From NCBI GenBank assembly GCA_000934665.2, contig KZ538089.1:109319-129318 (forward strand): DNA of 20,000 nt, read 5' to 3'. The stretch is from Catajapyx aquilonaris. Its lineage: Eukaryota. The notes under the pieces were generated by a model. That model did not search any database and was not told the DNA's origin. It saw only the letters and a list, made by a program, of their open reading frames with translations. Numbering within the stretch: the stretch's first letter is position 1; every line of letters begins with the position of its first letter. A program made the translations under genes and the position numbers. Shown one piece after another: positions 10,100 through 20,000 of this stretch.

Positions 10100-13000
10100 T
10101 CACTGTGACAGCTCAATCTCCACCACTTCGAGTCCTTGACCATAAACACAAGCGCTGAACACACCACTGCAAAGAAAACAACAGACTCTTAAAAATTAAT
10201 TGTCATTGATTCTAAGCTTGTATCATCAGGCCTCTTTGAATGCTTCCCCACTCATTTTCGTATATATCATGTCAATCAGAACACCAAAACGCAAGTGAAC
10301 AATGCACTTTTCATACAAACATGGGTCACATGTTAATTTTCCATCCAGATCAAATTCCATAATCATATTTAACCAATTTTCATTTCACATTATTTTACAG
10401 TTTAAAATATAAAATAGCAAATCTATTCACCTTGTTTCTTCCCAGACCTCCATTCCCTGAATGTCAGGTATGCTGGTGCATAATTCAGACTCAAATCTTG
10501 CAGATAAAAGCCCATCGTCCAAGCTCCACTTCCATTTCACCAGACGTTGGTCACCAGAAGCAGACAGCATAATGTTGCCAGGAAGCAGCTTTACACCTGC
10601 AATTAAACATTTGGCAGGGTTTTAATATCCAATTAATTCATGGCCCACAATCAGCTGTGACTGCATTTCGTGAACTAATGCCCCAGATATTTCCAAAGCA
10701 GGTCCACGACAAACCTAACCAACCTAAATTTTGTGTAAAATGCAGCTGCCCCTGAGAGCCATGTGTGATAATTTTTACCTGCCCGTAAGACAGCAAAGTT
10801 ACTTTGGCAATGGACATTCACCTGACACTTGAGCTGAATGTGCCCCTGCCTCTTCCCACCAACATTTCACATGCGCTGCCACCTGATCGCCTTCAGTGCG
10901 GAGGTCTACTAGAGTCAGCCTCACAGCACCATCGTCTCCACCAGTCGCTACGAGGTGGCACTGACCTCCCATCACACACAGTTCAATCATGTCCACTGCA
11001 TTGATGCCTGATTGATGCAGCTGACACACTGGAACCACCGTTGCGTCCCACACGCTCATTACCCCCTTGGTGTCAAAACTAAGTATCACAAATTTGCCAT
11101 CACAGCATACAACTCTTACTTTCAGGATGCAAGAATTCAAACACATAATTTCACTCTCGACATTTAACTGATTTGGTTTGTATGATAGAATTCTTATATG
11201 GCCATCGGAGCAGCCAACACATATGTGCTCCACATCTATTGCATGAACGTCCATAACACGGGTGTCGGTTGAAACATTTTCACCCAGAGTCAGAGATGCC
11301 AGCTCTTCACATTCACTCTCACTAATACTCCAGGCCTTCAATTCTGCCCTTCCTCCTCCAGTCAAAATGAGTGGGGGTTCAAGCCTGGCAAGCGCAACCA
11401 CACGTACACTTGACAAGTGACTTCGGACAAACCGAATTGGGACCCTGGAATGAGATGCAAGCCTGTGAATGCCAACTGATGTGTCATCACTTCCAGTCAC
11501 CAAGATGGAACCATTTTCAATTGGGAAGCGGAGCAAAGAGTTCAAAGTGGCCGAGTGAAGACGAGGCTGCAATGATAAGAGAGTATTTTTGTCAATGGAA
11601 AATTGTAACGAAACTATTTATTGAATTCATTGCACAGTCGGTGTCCCTTCAAACAGTACCTAACGCAATGTACAGTAAGTTGCAACTTCAGCATACAATT
11701 CGTGTAAAGGGACATTTTCCATCCTCATGAGCTTGATCAGGCATAACCTGCTACAGCATCTGACTTGAACTAACCCTGAGCTCTCTGCAGGTGTCTTCCA
11801 ATCTGCACCTCCACTGATACACTTGCTTGTGCCGCACAAAGAGCAAGGTGCTGGCTCCTCCAGATTGGTGAGTGAACCATGCCCAGGATCGGTGTCCACC
11901 ACCGCACTCCACTGATGCCAATTCCATTTGCTGGGAGTGCGACCAAACTACGAAATTAGTGCGGAGGAAGCCAAGCACAGTCTCTGGCTGCCTGTTGCCA
12001 TCCAGAGTCACCCGAGTCAACCAATCCATGGGCACTATGTCCGTTGAGGTGAGTCGCATTGCAGCCTGACCATTTGTAAAGTTCAGTACAAACGTCCGAA
12101 GTCTCCCATCACGCCCTGCTGTCACCACAACACTAGTGTCAGAATGAACCACTGACACTTCAATTCTTGTCACACCATTGAAGCCATGAATTCGAGGAAA
12201 TCTTATTACTGGTTCCTGCAAGTACAAGTATATTGCAATCAGTCACACCAGTAAAAAATTTAGTTTTCTGGTATCAGAGAAGGACCACAAACCACTTTAT
12301 GCAATGATATAAAATTACTTATGTTACATATTAGTTTAACTTATCAAATTATTATTTCTAAAAGTTGTTGATGCATTATGATTTCAGATATTTTCAAACC
12401 ACTGCACTGACAAAAATGCAAATTGTCAATTGTAATACCCTTTGAAGGCTTACTTTAGCTTCATGGTTGAGGCAGTAAACAGAGATGCCTCCATTCCTGT
12501 CTCCGCAGATCAAAACATGCTCCAAAACTATTTTGGCTGCTGTCACTGACTGGCTCCGCTTTGACGGTAGTGCCAACTTGCGCCCTTCTTCCATCCCACC
12601 AACACCAACTTTACACAGGGAGATGGTTTGTCCACTTGAGGCCAGCAGGACTTCCCCACTCAACCATACGACTGACTCAATTTTGTCAGGCGAGATATCT
12701 TGAGAGTGAGCCAGACTCAGGTCAACTGAACCATCACTGGTACAACCTGAAATTTTAATCATTTTATTTAAAACGCTGTGGTACCATTTAATAGGCGCTG
12801 TCACATCGATAAACCAGACTATTAGCATCTATAATCACTGCCTTTATCTTCCCCATCAGAAAGGCACGGTGGGTGCAAACAAGCAGAAACGAAGTGATTG
12901 TTCAAGCTAAATACAGTGCAATCTTGGGGCGTTATTATTGTACTCTCTGTCCATTTCTATTAGTTTGCACCTGGGGTTCTCAAAAGGGTTAATTAATGTT

Positions 13001-14344
13001 ACGAAATCCTTTTGTCCGACCAACTCACCCACATCCAAAATGACCACGATCCCAGCAAGTGACCCAACGGCTAACTTTTTGTCACTGTAATCCACAACAG
13101 CATAATGCTTGAATCCCTCGTCTCTGTAGGACTCCTTCCAAGAGTGTGTATGTATGTTGTAAGTGTAAATCACTCCTGAATCACCTACAGCCACGTAATT
13201 GCTTTCATCTACAATCTTGACTGTCCTTGGAAAGTCCGGCGCAGGAAAATTCAGTGATGCAGGCAATTCGCCAATATCTGTACTCCATGCAATTATTCTC
13301 GAGTCATCACCCCCTGTAATGAGGGATGTGCCACAGTGTGTAACACTACGTGCTTCATGTGATTGCACCCGTTTTGTCAAAATACCAGAGGGATCCCAGT
13401 AACACACAGACCCATCTTCTCCTGTGCTAACCACAGTGCCATTAACCGTAAGAGCACGCCAGACACGAGACCTATGTGCGTAACAAGTGGCACGGAGCAC
13501 AACTTGCGAACGCACCCAATCACTGCGGTTCAGGCACATGGGTTGAACCTCCCAGAGTCGTAACGCACGGTCATCTGAAGTGGTGCAGATGAGGCCAAGC
13601 TGACTGCAGTAATAAACAGAAAAGATGGCGCCACGATGGCCACCCAGACGGTGAATCACAACTGCCTCAGGGAACGGAGACCATATTGTAACCTCACCGA
13701 AAGCAGTTCCCGCAATGACGATAGTGTCGGAGGAACTTGCGACTAACTGTGCGCTATATCTGATCAACTGAGTTAAGTGCAAATGAACATCATGCATGTC
13801 TGATCACCAGTTTGCATCTCATTGAAGCCAGCAACATTCCCCTCAAAGTAAGGATACAGAATGGAGGTGTCTCCACAGCCGACTCTCAAGACCCGCTCCC
13901 ACGGCTCCAGCTTCCATCTCTCGACCATGTTGTGCGCATCAACTACTAGGACGGTCCGTCCACGTTCCAACCTCAGGTCCCAAATCCAATCCGTAACTTG
14001 CATCCGCCTGGAACACGCATCCGCCGCAAACGACCCAGCGTCTCCTCCTGCAACCCTGAACATCTGGACGCTCTTTCCTCCAAAAGCAACAGCTTCCACA
14101 GCCCCATTGTCAGCCACCCTGGTGTCAAACCCATGGACGGTGCAACCATGAAGCAGCTCAAGCGACGCCAGCGGTGAGTCGCCTTCTGGTCCAAACACAT
14201 GCACGAAGCGACCCTCACCTGGAAATTGTGACAATAGTGATTGTTGCTTGTTGCACGAAGGCAACAATGTGGCATACCTGCCAGGATGTATCTTCCAGCC
14301 GCTTTCAGTGCGGTCACTTGTGTGTTGACCAGTGTGGTCCTCAT
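10100..14344 (-). CDS. WDR6: WD repeat-containing protein 6 (Trm734/Rtt10 family, partner of the tRNA 2'-O-methyltransferase FTSJ1/Trm7), about 956 aa. Coding exons 14344-14278, 14218-13858, 13759-13029, 12746-12454, 12215-11775, 11566-10822, 10596-10431, 10166-10100
   Basis: All eight exons join in frame (2871 nt including TGA). Motifs VTALK..ILAGEG, DWIWD, SILYSA, GHRGAIFSV, TTSDDRALRLW, AHRSRVW, STGEDG, ITGGDDS, CGGGHRSW, HQSGIN, ATGGDD, AHSAQVSG, SASGDQRL and GQGLEV match WDR6 as I know it. Confidence 0.93.
13760..13857 (-). other. U12-type (minor spliceosome) GT-AG intron in WDR6
   Basis: 5' splice site GTATCCTT; branch-like CACTTAAC at 13779-13772, about 12 nt from the AG; no polypyrimidine tract; splicing restores TSIL/YSA. 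Confidence 0.9.
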
Positions 14345-14711
14345 CTCTCGGCACCCGCCCTGGAAAAGCCCTCCTGATTATTCAGCTACAAGTTTGTTGC
14401 CCACGCCGACCAAGCGTGTGTTTCATGCAGCTGCAGGAGGCCGCCATCTTTGATCTTGGATACACCTATCGGCGGATGTGAGAAAACACAAGGAGAGCTG
14501 CCTTTTAGTTCATCTTTGGTGGTAAAAAGCACATGGCGGCATACAGACAGGTGACTTTTATTTTCCAATTTTTCCAGTCGGTTCCAAGCTTCTCTCTTTT
14601 CACCCTGGAAGAGGAGCCCCGCCTGAGTCTGTCCATTAGTGTATACCACTATTAATGCTAATTGCCTGTCCTCTTTCAGATATGGATGGGCTACATTCAG
14701 TGATTTACAAC
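14345..14711. promoter_or_regulatory. Bidirectional promoter and 5' UTRs shared by WDR6 and PTCD1, with divergent YY1/Pho-like motifs (AAGATGGCGGC on - at 14450-14440; ACATGGCGGC on + at 14531-14540)
   Basis: Start codons are about 340-370 bp apart head-to-head; the two motifs point outward 80 bp apart; probable PTCD1 5' UTR intron 14551-14679 (CAG|GTGACT...ctctttcag|). Confidence 0.7.
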
Positions 14712-17700
14712 ATGGGGAACAGAGTTGCAGGAGTTGCTGTGCGGCAAGCTTTGCATGTCAGGCGACTCCACACAAATGTTATGCGTTGTCGGAAGCCATT
14801 GGTGGTGGCGGACATGCAAAGAAGCGTCACTGGTGGTTCAATGGCAGCTGCGGAGAGCATCGTTCCTTCTCGGCGAGTGTCCAGAGAAGAGCCTGCCGTT
14901 GACGAAGGGGATGTGTTTGGCACTTTGGCTGATCGACCCAATGCAGATGAGTCGTATGAGGAGGAGGAACCGGACGTACGAGAGAAGCATGCAGAGACGA
15001 GGATGGCTGAGGTCAAGCCACGCTTCCCGGAGTATGTGGCAGAAATAAAGATGTATCTCCAACAGAAAAAAGTAATTTTGTACATTTGAAAACCAATTCT
15101 CAAGTTCATGTTCTCTCCAGACACACATGGTTGTCCTTTATGCCACAACATCTCACATGACATTGGTATCTGCTCGTAAATAATGCACAGCAGAAATTTC
15201 CACACCTTGTTTTGGCTTTGCATCACTCATGCTCATCAATATGATTTGGCATAATAATTTCCCCCACATGTGAACTAATGTGTCGCCATTTTTTTTGAGC
15301 AGTTAAGTGAAGCTATTGATGTCCTGGAGACAAAGATGCTGGTGGAATACAACAAGAAACCTGAGGAGTACATATACAAATTGCTAATTAGTGCCTGTGG
15401 GAGAGTGGGATTCACGGAGAAAGCCTTCAAGCTGTTTAACCAGGTGACCTTGATTAACACTCAACAAACTGCACTAACCAGCCAACTATTTTGTGATTAT
15501 TTCAAGTTGATTTCCAGATGAAGAAGAGAGGGTTGAATGTTACAGGCTCAATATACACCAGCCTGTTCAATGCCTGTGCCAACTCCCCAATACAAAATGA
15601 TGGGTTGAACCGTGCTCATCGTTTGCGAGCACTGATGAAGGAGAAAGGTTACACATCAAATACAACCAACTACCATGCGATGATGAAGGGTGAGTGAATA
15701 TTGTCAGGTAAATCTAACAGTGAACTGAAAGAAAATGTTTTTACAGCATTTGGACGCTGTGGTGACCTGGAAACAGCATTTCAAGTGGCTGATGAAATGC
15801 TTAGCCTTGGCCAAGTATTCACCAATGAAACTGCTGCATTTCTGCTTCAAGCATGCATTTCTGATAAAGAGAAAGGATTTTACTTTGCACTGCAGGTAAG
15901 TCTTCAGTGGTGTGGTCTTACCACAGGTTGAAGTGAATGCACGCCAATGAGGGGCTAATTGAAGTTCTCCCTTGTTATGTAAAAGGTGTGGCTCCAAATG
16001 CACCGCATGAAGGTGAAGCCCACTTTGTACAGTTACAACCTCATGATGCGCTGCATGCGTGACTGTGGAGTGGGTGATGAGCAGTTGGACCCAGCCAGTG
16101 CCAGGATCTTCTTAGGACCTTCGGAACAGGTTTCAACTTCCCAGGATTCTGGGAGATGCCAACTACAGTTGCCGTCAACAGTGGCGAAAGTGGAAGGACC
16201 CACAGCTGGAGATAAGACAACCCTGTTGACTCCAAGTTCATCTATGGAATCAGAATTGGGACCTTTAAGTGAAGCTTGTAACAGGTATTGCAATTTCTTT
16301 GACTGACAGTCGTGGTAACGACTGGTAAAATGCCTACTGCTCTTAACATAGGTGTACTGCATTTTTGTTGTTGCAGGCTTCAGCTCTTTGGTGGCATGGC
16401 AGGGTTTCTGCAGAACATGCAGAATTATAGAATCAAACCTGATGTGAAAACTTTTTCACTAATGCTGGAAGTTATCCCTTCTGACAAGAGAAGTGAAGAG
16501 GTAACACATTAGTTGCCTTTATTCTAACTTTGATTTGTCATTAGATATTTTTTCATTGACATTTTCATGGATGTATGTTGACATACATGTGGGTATTTCA
16601 TTAGGAAGAAATCAGTTGTGATAATTTCATTAAATTGTAGCATACGAATGACTGCCCACCATATTGTTTAACTCCAGTCTCAAATTAGTGTATGTAAACA
16701 CCTTGACACACTGACACCTGCCTGCAGCATGTTTGCTGTGATCCATGAAAATTTCCCTTACTGAAATATATTGCATAGAAAATTTTCTGCCAGGAAAAAG
16801 CATGGATAGTATTAGTAGGTTAACTTTATTATATAATTTATTTTTATGCCACAAATACAGAGCCCATGCAGGTCGGCAGATAGGCACACATTATTATCGA
16901 TAGAACCCTCCTGAAGCTATATGCACAGGAGCCATGGGTGCAAAGCCTACATAACTAATAGCCTGAACTCTTCGTATGCCACCGATTGTTTCCTGCTCTG
17001 CTCGCGCCCCTGGCAACCGGTGTGCAAAGCAACCCGATACGATACTGCTTCTGATGCGATACTTTACACGATACGATACTGACGCGATACGATATTGCCA
17101 ATATCAATAAGCAATAACCTACATAATTATTCTTATTCTTCATGCTGCATCTAATGAATGGTACCTGTGTTAACTGTTGGTGAACAGGCTACTAGGGGGA
17201 GAAGACAGGAGTACACGTTACACTGAAATAATTAACTGCAAAATATGAGCATAGCTGGTTTATTACTGATCTTGTCATTTTTACAAAGCAGTCTGTTCTT
17301 GTACAATAAAATATATGATACCCTCACCTTCACAAAGTATGCCATCATAGTTTCTTCAGGATAATTGGGGCTTTTGACTTTGTTCAACAAAATTCTATGA
17401 ATCCTTTTCAAGCCGCCTGTTCTGTGCAAGTACTTGCGGCTGTACCATGATTCGAATTCGAACGTCTGGGAGATCCCAGTGACGTCACCGGAAGTCCCTT
17501 TCATTTACTCGCAAATCCTAATAATAATAGCAATAATAATAAATATGACTAATAATTCTTTTTATCACTATATTGTAATATTATTATGTAGGCTTTGATT
17601 ATTATATTGTTTTATTGTGTAGGCAATTGGCAGAACATCCGCTGCGCCATGGCGCCATCTCAGTGATGCGGCCGGTGTGCAAAGTAAAAGTAGGCAATAG

Positions 17701-19569
17701 AATAACGTGGAGAGTTCAGGCTATTTATTATGTAGGCTTTGCATGGGTGTAGCTACCTGTCCAGGCCTCCTGGAACCACTTTATGGCGGTGTGGCGCACC
17801 TACTCGCGGACAACTGCTTACAGTCAATAACTACTGTCAAATTGTACAAGACTATTTACACCATGTGGAAACCCTTTTTAATGAGATATATCATGGAATA
17901 ACTCAGAATCCAGTTCTCTTTTCTATTATGTGCTATCAAGAAATACTTGCACCAATAATATTAGGGGATCAAGAAAAATAGATGTCCTGGACATTCCCCA
18001 TGTCACTCACTAACATGCTTTTATATTTGACCCGTTTTCTATGGATCCAGGGTCTGATTTCTAGAAATGGTTTGTTTTGTAGCAAGTGATTTTTATCTAT
18101 TCCAGGAACTCCTGTTGATGATGTCTAGTCACTCGGTGAAGCCTGACATTGACTTTTTCAATTTGCTTATTCGTAAGCGCAACTTTCGTAAGGATTTTCA
18201 AGGAACAAGAGTGAGTGTTAACAGGGCAAGAATTATACATGTGTGGCTATATTTTTAAAATGTGGTAGAGCAAGAATGTGAATACAGCCTGTTCCCAACT
18301 TTTCTGACATATGTAGATTTGGACTTGTGTAAAAATTTCTGATGTGTGTAGAAGTTTTCTTGTGTGTGAAACAATCTACAAAACAAGCTGTTAACATAAA
18401 TTGCAATCAATTGTGAGAAAACACATTAAATTTCGGCTCATAGCAACACGGGCATGCGCAATGAAGCTAATTTTGTCACTCAGTTTACACTTGACAGACA
18501 TATGCGACCTGCTTATGGGCTTCGCGAGGAATACATTCCCACTCACAATGGCCTCAATTGAACGTGACAATGATTCCAGTATCGATGTGTAAGGTCTAGT
18601 CGAGTATACAGCTTGATAAAAAGCATGCTCCAGGTGATGTAAAATTTAACTTATGTAAAATGTTGCTTAAAGATTCACTTTCATAGGTCAGTAGGTCAGT
18701 GACTTGCTGTATTCACACCAAGACCCAAGTTCCATGCATGCTGCATCTTTACATTACCAGATGGCCTCTTAGACCAGAAAAGTTTCTTGTACAACTTGTA
18801 CTATTGGCATGAAAATGGTCTGGACACTTGTCAGTGGTCAGCCTGTCTGGAGAATTTCTGTGCCGGTAGCGCATTTGCATTAGATTCATGTCTCCCAGCC
18901 TGCTACATGCTTTTGATACTCTTTTTCAGGCTGTAATGCACTTGATTCAAAATGCCAAGCTTCAGCCCAACCTCGTCACTTTTGGAGTCCTTGCACTGGG
19001 ATGCTACACCAGCAGTCAGGGACTTAAGCTCCTAGCAGATATGGACAAAGCAGGTTTCAGGTGGGTATTAGGTGAACACACTTGGCATACCGTACCTTTT
19101 TAAAGCTCACGTCATGCCTGATGTGCCTGTCTCCCATCCTTGCAACTATGCTTATCGATGCAAATCACTATTTTCAGACCTAACATAGAGATACTGGGTG
19201 GCTTACTCACCAGAGCCTGCATGGCCTTGGACTGCAGCTACGTACTGACCGTAATGAAAAGGATAGACAAGCTTGGAATCGAGCCTGACCCAAAGTTCCT
19301 CAAGAGGTTGGAGACGTTCCGGAATTACATCAGGAAAATGGAGGTGGAAAAGGTGTGCTTAAGAATAAGGCTGAGAAAGGAAGAGTATTTTGAAACTGTC
19401 TCTGTTTTAGGATAATGGTGGCACAGTCCCACCTCAGATGGAGACAGAGGAGTTTAAGGATGGATGGAATGCATTTCGGATGATGTACACACACTGGTTG
19501 AAGAAAGCCAAAGTGGACCTGCCTCCTCATCCATGGGCACAGTTTAAGAAGGAAGGGGAGAGAAAATAA
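14712..19569 (+). CDS. PTCD1: Pentatricopeptide repeat-containing protein 1, mitochondrial, about 604 aa (alternative in-frame ATG at 14682). Exons 14712-15071, 15303-15443, 15518-15689, 15747-15895, 15986-16284, 16377-16500, 18106-18210, 18930-19060, 19178-19352, 19411-19569
   Basis: Ten exons join in frame with GT-AG introns. PPR motifs YKLLISACGRVGFTEKAFKLFNQMKKRG, YTSLFNACANSP, FLLQACISDKEKGFYFALQVW, YSYNLMMRCMRDCGVGD and KPDVKTF, and C-terminal HPWAQF, match PTCD1. Arg-rich N-terminus fits a mitochondrial presequence. AATAAA overlaps the TAA stop (19565-19570). Confidence 0.94.
16941..17741. mobile_element. 801-bp non-autonomous DNA transposon, P-element-like, inside PTCD1 intron 16501-18105
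   Basis: 31-bp TIRs CAAAGCCTACATAA(CT/TA)AATAGCCTGAACTCT, 29/31 identical (16941-16971 and 17711-17741); perfect 8-bp TSD CATGGGTG (16933-16940 and 17742-17749); no transposase ORF. CAAAG termini plus an 8-bp TSD fit the P superfamily; hAT is not excluded. Confidence 0.88.
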
Positions 19570-20000
19570 AGGAAAATTTTCTCTGTGAATTAAGGTTTTG
19601 TGTCTTTTACACATTGTTATCTTCCTTTCGGGAAGTCATTGATGTCCTGTAATGGTGTTTGGGGAAGGAGCTAAAAGAATCACGAATCTGGAGATCATTA
19701 CTTACACTGCAGCTAATAGTTTTGTCTTGTTCCTTCAAGCAATGTAAACTGCAGTCACAGCATGTTACGGATGGTCTTTCACGCGCTATAAGCCGAAACG
19801 CAACTGTGTGCGGATTTTTGCTTCTCATGCAGTCACTTGGATTACCATAACTGCAAGAGGATAGATGGGTCATTCCATGTCAATCCTGTAAATGATGGTG
19901 GCACGACCCCTTCCGATATAACTGAAAAAAATCATGTAGGTAGGTATCGACACCTTATTGCGAAATCCTAAATTTGAGGCCGCGGGAGTCAAATCTCACG

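Noticed and set aside
14219..14354. ORF track extension MPRDEDHTG... reading through WDR6 intron 1
   Set aside because: The spliced frame MRTTLVNTQVTALKAAGRYILAG/EG matches the WDR6 N-terminus; the open 59-nt intron frame is probably coincidental.
19607..19873. 88-aa Cys/Ser-rich minus-strand ORF downstream of PTCD1
   Set aside because: No homology recognised, and the nearby acceptor (about 19886) meets stops in all three frames, so it does not feed this ORF.

Overview
Eukaryotic genomic DNA, almost certainly from an arthropod; many introns are only 57-100 bp. Three protein-coding genes can be reconstructed by hand with phase-consistent splice sites. (1) The 3' part of an aryl hydrocarbon receptor/spineless gene on + (PAS-B exons, a large low-complexity exon, and a likely extra terminal exon at 4457-4552 reached through alternative donors in two reading frames). 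(2) A complete WDR6/Trm734-like WD40 gene on - (10100-14344), with one clear U12 minor-spliceosome intron. (3) A complete mitochondrial PPR gene PTCD1 on + (about 14712-19569), head-to-head with WDR6 across a ~0.35 kb bidirectional promoter carrying mirrored YY1-like motifs. Also present: a 175-bp foldback MITE, an 801-bp non-autonomous P-like element with 31-bp TIRs and an 8-bp TSD, a 53-bp palindrome, microsatellites, a 50-N gap, and a possible decayed spliced gene of unknown family at about 6.2-7.9 kb. I found no wholly new system. The best leads are the dual-frame AhR C-terminal splicing, the U12 intron and the mirrored promoter/uORF layout.
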